A DNA stretch of 64,000 bases from the NCBI GenBank assembly GCA_020249045.1, contig JADCGK010000014.1, positions 2,650 to 66,649 of the forward strand, read 5' to 3'. The notes beneath the pieces were generated by a model. That model searched no databases. It had not been told where the DNA came from and saw only the letters and a list, made by a program, of their open reading frames with translations. The position numbers and the translations under genes were made by a program. Positions 56,590 to 64,000 of this stretch are shown here, piece by piece. Source of the stretch: Azospirillum sp. GTDB taxonomy: Bacteria; Pseudomonadota; Alphaproteobacteria; CACIAM-22H2. Within the stretch, counting starts at the first letter, position 1. Every line of letters starts with the position of its first letter.

Positions 56590-58943
56590 TGGCCCCTTTC
56601 GACGCCCTCGTCGACCGTCCGGCCGCCGCCACGGGCGCGTGCGCGCATTGCGCCGCCCCCGCGCCGGCCGGCGCGCGCTTCTGCTGCGCGGGCTGCGAGG
56701 GCGCCTACGAAACCGTGCGCGGGCTGGGGCTCGAAGCCTTCTACGCGCGCCGCGTCGGCCCCGGGTTCCGGCCCGATCCGGTCGCCTTGGCGCACGACTT
56801 CGCCGGCCGCACGCGCGTGGATGCGGATGGTGCATGCACGCTCCACCTAATGATCGACGGGCTGACATGCGCGGCGTGCGTCTGGCTGGTCGAAAGCCTT
56901 TACGCGCGCGAGACCGACGTGATCGACGCGCGCGCGAATCTGACGACCGGGCGCCTCACCTTGCGGTGGACCGGCGCGCCCGCCCGCGCCGACGCGTTGG
57001 TGGCGTTGGCCGCGCGCGTCGGCTTCCGCCTCGTTCCCTTCGATCCCACCTGCCTTGCGCAAACCGGCGATGCCGAGGAACGCGACTTGTTGCGCGCCAC
57101 GGGCGTCGCGGGCTTCGCGGCCGGCAACGTGATGATGCTGTCGGTCGCGATTTGGGTCGGCGTCGATATGGGGGCGGCGACGAAGGACCTGCTGCATTGG
57201 GTTTCGGCGTTGATCGGCTTGCCATGCATCTTCTATGCGGGCCTGCCGTTCTACCGCTCGGCGTGGCGCGCTTTGTCGGCACGTCGACTCGACATGGACG
57301 TGCCCATCGCCGTGGGAATCACGATGACCGCGGCCATGAGCCTGTCCGAAACGATCCGGGGCGGGCCTTACGCCTATTTCGACGCGGCGCTGACGCTGTT
57401 GTTCTTCCTGCTGGCGGGACGTTATCTCGACCGGCGCGCGCGCGGCCGCGCGCGCGCGTCGGCCGCCCATTTGCTGGCCTTGCGCGCCGCACCGGTCACG
57501 GTGATCGATGCGGACGGCCGTCCGCGCGCCGTGCCTGCCGACGCGGTCGCGCCCGGCGACATCGTCGCGGTGGCCACGGGCGAACGGATCGGCATCGACG
57601 GAACGGTGCTGGCCGGTGCGGGGGAGGTCGATGCCAGTCTCGTGACCGGGGAATCGGTGCCGCAGCGCGTCGCGGCGGGCGACAGGGTCTATGCGGGCAT
57701 GCTCAATCTCGGCGCGCCGTTGCGCGTGAGCGCGCGCGCGACGGGCGAGGGCACGTTGCTCGCCGAAATCGCCCGGTTGGTCGAGGCGGCCGAAAGCGGC
57801 CGCGCGCGCTTCGTCGCGTTGGCCGAGCGTGTGACGCGGCTTTACACGCCCGTCGTGCACGTGACGGCGTTGGGCGCCTTCCTGGGTTGGTATTTCCTGG
57901 CCGGGGCGCCCTGGCAGATCGCATTGTTGCATTGCGTGGCGACGCTGATCGTGACCTGCCCGTGCGCGTTGGGCCTCGCCGTCCCCGCCGTGCAAACCAT
58001 CGCCTCGGGCCGGTTGTTGCGTGGGGGCATTCTGCTCAAGAACGCGACCGCGCTCGAACGTCTGGCGCAGATCGACACCATCGTTTTCGACAAAACCGGC
58101 ACGTTGACGCGCGGCGCGCCCGCGCTCATCGCCGACCCGGCGCGCGACGCCGAAGACCTGCGCTTCGCCGCCGGGCTTGCGGCTACCTCCAAACATCCGC
58201 TGGCGCGGGCTTTGGCGCGCGCGGTTCCCGATGTCGCCGTCGCGCTCGATGCGGTCGAACATCCGGGCCTCGGCCTGTCCTGCGGTCCCGCACGCTTGGG
58301 CAGCCGCGCGTTCGTCGGTGTCGGGAACGCCGGACCCGCCGACGGGCCCGAACTGTGGCTCGACCGCGGCGACGGGCGCAAACTGCGCTTCGGCTTCCGC
58401 GACGAAACGCGCGCCGATGCCGAAGACACGCTTCAGCGCCTGCTGGATGAAGGCTATGCGATCGAATTGCTGTCCGGCGACCGGACGGAAACCGTCGCCG
58501 CACTCGCCGCCGAACTCGGGATCGTCGAATGGCGCGCCGAAACCGACCCCGCCGCCAAGGCCGCGCGTCTCGCCGAACTCGCCCGCATGGGCCGCAAGGT
58601 GCTGATGGTCGGCGACGGCCTCAACGATGCGCCGGCCCTGGCCGCGGCGCACGCATCGTTGTCGCCCGCCGATGGCGCCGACGTGGCGCAGGTTTCGGCC
58701 GACGCGGTCTTCCAGGGGGCCGGGCTCGCGGCCGTGGGCGAGCTACTGGACACCGCCCGGCGCGCGCGTGCTTTGATCCGCCAGAACATCGCGTTTTCGA
58801 TCGCCTACAACGCGCTGGCCGTGCCCGCGGCCGTGCTCGGGCAGGTCACGCCGCCTTTGGCCGCTTTCTTGATGTCTTCGTCGTCGATTGCGGTCGTCGT
58901 CAATTCGATGCGTTTGGGGAGGCGCCGTTGGATACGCTCGTAA
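56589..58943 (+). CDS. ccoI: Copper-translocating P1B-type ATPase CcoI/FixI
   Basis: N-terminal Cys-rich region, HMA domain (GLTCAACV), CPC in the membrane domain, DKTGTLT and GDGLNDAP. Confidence 0.9.
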   Translation: MAPFDALVDRPAAATGACAHCAAPAPAGARFCCAGCEGAYETVRGLGLEAFYARRVGPGFRPDPVALAHDFAGRTRVDADGACTLHLMIDGLTCAACVWLVESLYARETDVIDARANLTTGRLTLRWTGAPARADALVALAARVGFRLVPFDPTCLAQTGDAEERDLLRATGVAGFAAGNVMMLSVAIWVGVDMGAATKDLLHWVSALIGLPCIFYAGLPFYRSAWRALSARRLDMDVPIAVGITMTAAMSLSETIRGGPYAYFDAALTLLFFLLAGRYLDRRARGRARASAAHLLALRAAPVTVIDADGRPRAVPADAVAPGDIVAVATGERIGIDGTVLAGAGEVDASLVTGESVPQRVAAGDRVYAGMLNLGAPLRVSARATGEGTLLAEIARLVEAAESGRARFVALAERVTRLYTPVVHVTALGAFLGWYFLAGAPWQIALLHCVATLIVTCPCALGLAVPAVQTIASGRLLRGGILLKNATALERLAQIDTIVFDKTGTLTRGAPALIADPARDAEDLRFAAGLAATSKHPLARALARAVPDVAVALDAVEHPGLGLSCGPARLGSRAFVGVGNAGPADGPELWLDRGDGRKLRFGFRDETRADAEDTLQRLLDEGYAIELLSGDRTETVAALAAELGIVEWRAETDPAAKAARLAELARMGRKVLMVGDGLNDAPALAAAHASLSPADGADVAQVSADAVFQGAGLAAVGELLDTARRARALIRQNIAFSIAYNALAVPAAVLGQVTPPLAAFLMSSSSIAVVVNSMRLGRRRWIRS

Positions 58944-59080
58944 TCCTCATTCCCGTGGCGCTCGCCGCGTCCGCGCTCGCCCTGGCGGCGTTCCTGTGGT
59001 CGCTGCGCGCGGGTCAGTACGAAGATCTCGAAGGCGCGGCGGGCCGCATTTTGTACGACGACGAAAAGCCCAAGCGCTGA
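58928..59080 (+). CDS. ccoS: cbb3 oxidase maturation protein CcoS/FixS
   Basis: 50-aa ORF (LDTLVILIPVALAASALALAAFLWSLRAGQYEDLEGAAGRILYDDE...) with a TTG start after a GGGGAGG RBS. Overlaps the ccoI end. Confidence 0.7.
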   Translation: MDTLVILIPVALAASALALAAFLWSLRAGQYEDLEGAAGRILYDDEKPKR

Positions 59081-59120
59081 GCTTGCGCGGCGGGTCGGGC
59101 TGCTGCAGTCTTGCCGCATC

Positions 59121-60062
59121 ATGCTCGATCTGGATCCCGAAATCGCAGCCGCGCTCGCCGAATCCGCGCGGCGTCTGGGCCCGTCGCCCGTCCATCTGCC
59201 GCACGATCCCGCCGCCGCGCGCGCCGACCAGGAGGCGCGCCGCGCGCCTTGGAATCTCGGCGGCCCGCGCATGCGCGAACGACGCGATCTCGCGCTCGAT
59301 CTGCCCGGCCGGTCGATTCCGGCGCGGCTTTATGTGCCCGAAGGCGAGACGCGCGGGCTGCTCGTTTGGCTGCACGGCGGCGGTTGGGTGATCGGCTCGC
59401 TCGACACGCACGACCGGCTGTGCCGCGCGCTCGCCGCCGGGGCGGGCACGCGGGTGCTGTCGGTCGGCTATCGCAAGGCGCCCGAGCATCCCTACCCCTT
59501 GCCTCTCGACGACGCGGCGGACGCGTTCGTCTGGGCGCGCGAGCGCGCGGAAAGCCTGGGTGCCGAGCCTGCGAAGATCGCGTTTGGCGGGGATTCCGCG
59601 GGCGCCAATCTCGCTTTCGGGGCGGCGTTGCGCTTGGCCGCGCGCGGTCTTCCGGGTGCTTGCGCGCATATGTCGATCTACGGCGTGTTCGACGCCGATC
59701 TCGACACCGAGTCGTACCGTCTGTTGGGCGACGGGCGTTTCGGTCTCGATCGCGCGGGCATGTCCGTCTATTGGGATCTTTATTGCCCCGATGTCGCGCG
59801 CCGCACGGAACCGGAGGCGGCGCCGCTGCGGGGCGACGCGCGCGTGTTCAAGCGGCCGTTCCTGCTGGCCACCGGCCTCGATCCGTTGCGCGACGACAGC
59901 CGCAAAATGCGCGATGCGCTGCTCGCCGCGGGCGTGGATACGGTCTATGTCGAGTTTCCGCGCGCCAATCACGGTTTCGTGCATTTGGGTGCGCACGCCG
60001 CGGTCGCGCGCGAGGCGATCGCCGCCGCCGCGGCGCATCTGTCGCGGGCGTTTTCGGTCTGA
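59121..60062 (+). CDS. Alpha/beta hydrolase, hormone-sensitive-lipase (fold-3) esterase family
   Basis: HGGGW oxyanion motif, GDSAGANL nucleophile elbow, and DPLRDD plus a C-terminal His context. Confidence 0.8.
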   Translation: MLDLDPEIAAALAESARRLGPSPVHLPHDPAAARADQEARRAPWNLGGPRMRERRDLALDLPGRSIPARLYVPEGETRGLLVWLHGGGWVIGSLDTHDRLCRALAAGAGTRVLSVGYRKAPEHPYPLPLDDAADAFVWARERAESLGAEPAKIAFGGDSAGANLAFGAALRLAARGLPGACAHMSIYGVFDADLDTESYRLLGDGRFGLDRAGMSVYWDLYCPDVARRTEPEAAPLRGDARVFKRPFLLATGLDPLRDDSRKMRDALLAAGVDTVYVEFPRANHGFVHLGAHAAVAREAIAAAAAHLSRAFSV

Positions 60063-60065
60063 AAC

Positions 60066-60710
60066 CTAGACCGGCAGGCGCAGCGTCCGCTTGCCGGCAG
60101 CGGCACCGATGGCGGCCATCGCGCCGACGCTGGTGACGTGCCAAAGCAGCAGCATCGTCGCCGTTTGCAGACTGTGGAAGGTTTCCAGCGTCGCCGAGGC
60201 GAACGCCGCGACGGCCAGCGCCGCCAAGGCCCCGGTCGCGACGGGGGCGAGAGGGGCCGCGCGGCGCAGCATCCAGCCGAGGACGAGGCCGAGCGGCACG
60301 CTGGTTTGCACGATCACCTGCACGCAATGCCAACTCGTCTCGAGATGGGCCGCCCCGTGGGCGAGCAATTCCTCGAGACAGCCGGCGCCGAGCGTGGCGA
60401 GCCACACGGCCAAGGGCGGCACGGGCAGCCAGAACACGAAACGCGGCGCGCCGGGCACGGCCAGATGGAAAACCGCGATCGTGGCCGCGATCCCGGTCAG
60501 AATCGAGGCGAGCCACGGCACCAGAAACGCGGGCTCGTCCAGTCGCGCCAGGAACAGCGGTTTGACGCCATAGAGCAGCACGATGGCACCGAGGCAGACG
60601 GCCGCGAACGCCAGGAACCGGCCCGCGCGGGCCATCGGCGGGTCGAGCGGGCGCACCGGGCGCAGGTTCCCGCTGAGCGCGTCGATGAGTTTTTCGGTGT
60701 CGCGGTTCAT
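60066..60710 (-). CDS. nrsF: NrsF-family (DUF1109) membrane anti-sigma factor
   Basis: 214 aa from MNRDTEKLIDALSGNLRPV. Six predicted TM segments and two Cys (GAGCLEE, SWHCVQ). ATGA overlap with the sigma gene. Confidence 0.75.
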   Translation of the reverse strand: MNRDTEKLIDALSGNLRPVRPLDPPMARAGRFLAFAAVCLGAIVLLYGVKPLFLARLDEPAFLVPWLASILTGIAATIAVFHLAVPGAPRFVFWLPVPPLAVWLATLGAGCLEELLAHGAAHLETSWHCVQVIVQTSVPLGLVLGWMLRRAAPLAPVATGALAALAVAAFASATLETFHSLQTATMLLLWHVTSVGAMAAIGAAAGKRTLRLPV

Positions 60711-61261
60711 GGCGTCTGGTTGTTCCACATCTTGCGCAACGCCGCGAGGGCGCGGTGGGTCGCGACCTTGAGCGCCGTGGTCGATTGCCCCGAGGCGGCG
60801 GACGCCTCGGCGAGCGACATTTCGCCCAGCTTCAGCATTTCCAGCGCCCGGCGTTGGCCCGCCGGCAGACGGGCGACCATCTCGCGCACCGTTTCGCGCG
60901 CGGCGTTGCGGTCCAGATCCCGGTTCGAGTCCGGATCGGCCAAGGTTTCGGCCGCGAATTCGGGCATCGGCACTTCGTGACGGGCCGCCCCCGTGCCGCG
61001 CCGGCGCCAATCGATCGCCCGTCGCCGCGCGATGGCCGTAAGCCACGGCTTGATCGGCCGGGCGGGTTCGTAGGTGTGGCGGATGGCGTGGAGGGTGATC
61101 AGCGTTTCCTGCACGACGTCCTCGATCGCGTCGATCGGCACGCCGGTGCGCGCCACGACCGCGCGCAAAAACCCCGGCACTTCGCCGAGGAAGCGCCGAT
61201 AGGCGCGCTCGTCGCCGGACTGCGCGCGCGCCAGAAGTTCGCCCCAAGCCTCCTGCTCCAT
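60707..61261 (-). CDS. ECF (group IV) RNA polymerase sigma factor, SigF-like
   Basis: Region 2 (DVVQETLITLH...PWLTAIARRRAIDWRR) and region 4 (LPAGQRRALEMLKLGEMSLAEASAASGQSTTALKVATHRA). Confidence 0.85.
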   Translation of the reverse strand: MEQEAWGELLARAQSGDERAYRRFLGEVPGFLRAVVARTGVPIDAIEDVVQETLITLHAIRHTYEPARPIKPWLTAIARRRAIDWRRRGTGAARHEVPMPEFAAETLADPDSNRDLDRNAARETVREMVARLPAGQRRALEMLKLGEMSLAEASAASGQSTTALKVATHRALAALRKMWNNQTP

Positions 61262-61299
61262 ACCCGGGAACTTGGCATAGCCGGCGGGTCCGGCGCCAT

Positions 61300-61494
61300 T
61301 CAAACGCCGCGGTCGAAGCTTCGTCCGCGGAAGTCGTTCGGCGAGGGAAACGCGATCGTGTCGAACGTCCGCGGCGTCGCCGATCCGGCCGGGAAGGCGT
61401 TGCGGTTCAGCGCGCCGATGTCGCCGACCGGCGCTTTCTTGGCGCGTTCGACATCCGAACAGTTCAGGCACGGGATTCCATTCACGATTTCCAT
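61300..61494 (-). CDS. Small hypothetical protein (64 aa, CLNC motif), first gene of the putative ECF operon
   Basis: MEIVNGIPCLNCSDVERAKK... Has high GC3 throughout and a GGAGA RBS 7 nt upstream. No signal peptide or TM. I do not recognise a family. Confidence 0.5.
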   Translation of the reverse strand: MEIVNGIPCLNCSDVERAKKAPVGDIGALNRNAFPAGSATPRTFDTIAFPSPNDFRGRSFDRGV

Positions 61495-61525
61495 GGCGGA
61501 TTCTCCGCTGGGGTGGCTCGCGAAT

Positions 61526-61554
61526 GGTTCGTGCGGCCGCCGGCCGGGGTTACA
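61526..61554 (-). promoter_or_regulatory. Candidate ECF-type promoter
   Basis: On the minus strand, TGTAACC-N16-CGAACC about 30 nt upstream of the small ORF. The -35 element overlaps the Hpt stop codon. Identified by pattern only. Confidence 0.35.
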
Positions 61555-61930
61555 GCCCGCGCCTGCGAATCTCGAGTTCCTCGAGCAGCGCGCGCCCCAA
61601 CTCGCCCCCACCGCCGGCGATGTCGTTGGCGATCAGGGTTTCGAGGGCGTCCAGATGGGCTGCGACCGCATCGCGGCGGGCGTCGTCGAACGCGGCGCGC
61701 CCGCGCGAAAGCTCGGCTGTGGCGTGCGCCACCGCGCCGATCAGGCCATAGCCGAAAAGCGGCGCTTGGCCCTTGATGTCGTGTGCGGCGCCGAAAAGCT
61801 CGGCCGGGGCACCGCGCGCGAACGCGTCGCGCGCGCGCGCCAGGTCGCGCGGCAGCGCCTCGCGGAACGCCGCGCGGACCGGCGCAGGCATGGCTTCGCC
61901 CGGATCGTCGATATCGTAAGGCTCGGTCAT
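61550..61930 (-). CDS. Stand-alone Hpt (histidine phosphotransfer) domain protein
   Basis: 126 aa from MTEPYD. AAHDIKGQAPLFGY is the HxxKG phospho-His context, in a four-helix-bundle-sized protein. Confidence 0.7.
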   Translation of the reverse strand: MTEPYDIDDPGEAMPAPVRAAFREALPRDLARARDAFARGAPAELFGAAHDIKGQAPLFGYGLIGAVAHATAELSRGRAAFDDARRDAVAAHLDALETLIANDIAGGGGELGRALLEELEIRRRGL

Positions 61931-62160
61931 CGGCCGTCGTCGCCCCGCATGACCGATCTTGCCGCTTGCGGACGGTGCGGCGACCGAACCCCGATTGAAC
62001 GAAACGAACGCATGAACCCCCTCGAGTCCCTCGGATGGGCCCCGCCTGATCGGGCGGAACTTAAGACGCTCCAAATCGGCGGTCACGCCACATGGTTAGC
62101 ACGTCGCTTGCATCCCCATGATCCGGCGGGGGAGCCGCGTCCGACCAGGAGAGCATCAAG

Positions 62161-63198
62161 ATGTTGAAATCCCGTTTATTTGCAGCCGGCGTCGCGGTCC
62201 TGATGGCCGCCGGGGCCGCCCGGGCGCAGGCGCCCGAACAAGCCAATGTCCGTTTTTCGCTCGATTGGGCGTTCCAAGGCCCGCAGGCGGTGTTTACCCA
62301 TGCCGCCGAAAAGGGCTTTTTCCGCCAGGCGGGATTGAACGTGACGATGGACCGGGGCGTGGGCTCCGGGGACACGGTCATCCGGGTGGCGTCCGGCGCC
62401 TATGACATCGGCTTCGGCGACATCAATCCGATGATCAAGTTCAATGCCGAGAACCCCGGCAAGGAATTGATGGCCGTCTACGTCGTCTACGAACAGGCGG
62501 CGCTCGCGGTGATGACGCTGCGCCGCACGGGCATCACGAACCTGAAGCAGCTCGAAGGCCGCAAGCTCGGCGCGCCGACGGTCGATGCCGGCCGCCAGAT
62601 GTTCCCGGCCCTCGTCAAGGCCAACAACCTCGACACCCGGCGCATCGAATGGGTGACGATGAACGCGCCCTTGCGCGAGCCCATGCTGTTCCGCGGCGAA
62701 GTGGACGCGATCACCGGCTTCATCACCTCGGGCATCTTCTCGTTGCGCGGCCTCGGCGCCAAGGACGAGGACATCGTGACGTTCCGCTATCGCGAGCACG
62801 GTGTGGACGTCTACTCCTCGGCGATCTACGTCACGCAGGACTTCATGGCGCGCAACCCGCGCACCGTGTCGGCGATGGTCGCGGCGATCAACCGCGGCAT
62901 CAAGGACGCCATCGTCAATCCGCGCGAGGCGGTCGCTTCGTTGCGCAGCCGCGACCAGCTGGTGGACCTCAACCTCGAATACGAGCGCATGATGCTGTCG
63001 ATGCGCGAGTTGGTGCTGACGCCGCACGTGCTGCAGAACGGCATCAGCGCGGTCCGCGCGGACAAGCTGCAGAACAACATCCGCATCGTGAACGAGGCGT
63101 ACGAGATCCAGAACTCGCGCCTGACGCCCGACAAGGTCTTCACCGACCGCTTCCTGCCCCCGCAGGCCGAGCGGATGCTGCCCCAACTCGGCAGCTGA
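62161..63198 (+). CDS. Periplasmic substrate-binding protein, NMT1/THI5 (SsuA/TauA-like) family
   Basis: Signal peptide (MLKSRLFAAGVAVLMAAGAARAQA) followed by the typical SLDWAFQGPQA...GFF start of the family. Confidence 0.8.
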   Translation: MLKSRLFAAGVAVLMAAGAARAQAPEQANVRFSLDWAFQGPQAVFTHAAEKGFFRQAGLNVTMDRGVGSGDTVIRVASGAYDIGFGDINPMIKFNAENPGKELMAVYVVYEQAALAVMTLRRTGITNLKQLEGRKLGAPTVDAGRQMFPALVKANNLDTRRIEWVTMNAPLREPMLFRGEVDAITGFITSGIFSLRGLGAKDEDIVTFRYREHGVDVYSSAIYVTQDFMARNPRTVSAMVAAINRGIKDAIVNPREAVASLRSRDQLVDLNLEYERMMLSMRELVLTPHVLQNGISAVRADKLQNNIRIVNEAYEIQNSRLTPDKVFTDRFLPPQAERMLPQLGS

Positions 63199-63202
63199 GG
63201 GT

Positions 63203-64000
63203 CTATTCGGCGGCGGACCGGGCGGCGGCGAGGCGCCGCTCGGTCTCGCCAGCCTCGGCGAGCAAGGCGGCGAGGCGTTTGCGCATCAGCAGCCCCGGCT
63301 TGTCCGAAGGCATGTGGAATTCCTCGCCCGACGCGGCGTCCAGCGGCACGTCCGATTCGGTCGCCTCCAGCACGGCGCGATCCTCCTCGGTGACCTGTCG
63401 GTCGAACGCGATCACGCTCGCGGCGCTCGTATCGGCTTCGGTGTCGTTGCGATAGACGAACTGCACGATCTGGCTGCGGGTGTCGTCGATCGGCGTGGCG
63501 CCGGTTTGGATGCAGTGCACGAGGCCGTTGGGATACCGGATCCGCAATTGCCGGAAGAACGGCATGAACCAAGTGCGCGTGTTGTCGCGCGTGGTCTTCT
63601 CCTCCGCGATGCCCAAATTCTTCCGCTGCAGTTCGGGATTCTTGACGTGGACGATCGAATGCGTCCGGAAGCCCCACGGAAACTCCTCGTAGGTCATCTG
63701 CGAGGGCGTGGGATCGGGATCGCCGAAGCTCGATTTGTGCACGAAAGTGAAATGCGCGTTGTCGAAGCTGTTCTCCAGAACGCGCAGGGCGCCGGCGTTC
63801 CAGGGTTCGTAGAATTCGGGAATTCGGCGGAACGCGGGATCGTCCGCTTCGGGAATTTCCGGGATGCCGAACAGCGGCTCGTCGAGCGCCACCCAGACAT
63901 AGCCGTAGCGCTCGGCGCAGCGATAGGCGTCGATCTTGAATTTGGGCGCCCGGGTCGCGTCCTTCCATTGCGGCACGCGCACGCAAGCGCCCGTGCGGTC
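63203..64000 (-). CDS. Rieske non-heme-iron oxygenase, PaO/Tic55-like (paralog 2; N-terminal Rieske domain lies beyond the window end)
   Basis: The frame stays open to the window edge (…DRTGACVRVPQWKD). The catalytic domain is clearly paralogous to 16065-17111 (ERYGYVWVALDEPLFGIPE, ENSFDNAHFTFVH, EFHMPSDKPGL). Confidence 0.8.
   Translation of the reverse strand, partial: DRTGACVRVPQWKDATRAPKFKIDAYRCAERYGYVWVALDEPLFGIPEIPEADDPAFRRIPEFYEPWNAGALRVLENSFDNAHFTFVHKSSFGDPDPTPSQMTYEEFPWGFRTHSIVHVKNPELQRKNLGIAEEKTTRDNTRTWFMPFFRQLRIRYPNGLVHCIQTGATPIDDTRSQIVQFVYRNDTEADTSAASVIAFDRQVTEEDRAVLEATESDVPLDAASGEEFHMPSDKPGLLMRKRLAALLAEAGETERRLAAARSAAE

Noticed and set aside
54069-58943. Apparent 1624-aa ORF spanning ccoP through ccoI.
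   Set aside because: Only the part from ATG 56589 onward reads as the P-type ATPase. The upstream 840 codons are R-rich shadow frame overlapping the genuine ccoP, ccoG and ccoH frames.
60066-61611. Bufferin/MNIO-type RiPP locus (DUF2282 precursor, DUF692, DUF2063, DoxX), which often sits next to sigF-nrsF.
   Set aside because: No DUF692/DUF2063-like genes are present on either side. The 64-aa ORF lacks a signal peptide and has only two Cys, so it does not fit the DUF2282 precursor pattern.

Overview
High-GC window (roughly 68-70% by eye), densely packed, with the look of an alphaproteobacterial chromosomal core. I call about 60 protein-coding genes and find no rRNA, tRNA, CRISPR array, transposase, integrase or recognisable defence system. 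Recognisable blocks, in order: (1) chvI-chvG two-component system, followed by hprK-rapZ-EIIA(Man)-HPr-EI. (2) Two tandem Bcr/CflA MFS pumps. (3) A protoglobin + thioredoxin-fold operon with a divergent MarR regulator. (4) A class A PBP, a GST, a Rieske oxygenase and HU. (5) A same-strand string of response regulator, flavoprotein, glsA, corA and a proline-rich membrane protein. (6) ahcY and a PAS histidine kinase. (7) tsaE-amgK-murU-addB-addA-trxA. (8) folC-accD-trpA-trpB-trpF-pyrF on the minus strand. (9) pgk, anmK, hyi, serS and a class V aminotransferase. (10) A complete cbb3 oxidase locus, ccoNOQP-ccoGHIS, with a near-perfect FNR/FixK box. (11) An ECF sigma/NrsF pair preceded by a small Cys-containing ORF. 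(12) An orphan Hpt gene, and an NMT1-type binding protein next to a second Rieske paralog that runs off the window end. Most of this is ordinary housekeeping synteny. The best candidate for an undescribed system is the protoglobin / cytoplasmic CxxC redoxin / Cys4-tailed MarR module (11376-13131), which has two near-identical palindromic operator candidates. The second candidate is the small ORF under an ECF-type promoter upstream of the sigma/NrsF pair. Many very long alternate-frame and antisense ORFs in the track are GC-driven artefacts. All family assignments come from reading the translations and motifs; no database search was run.
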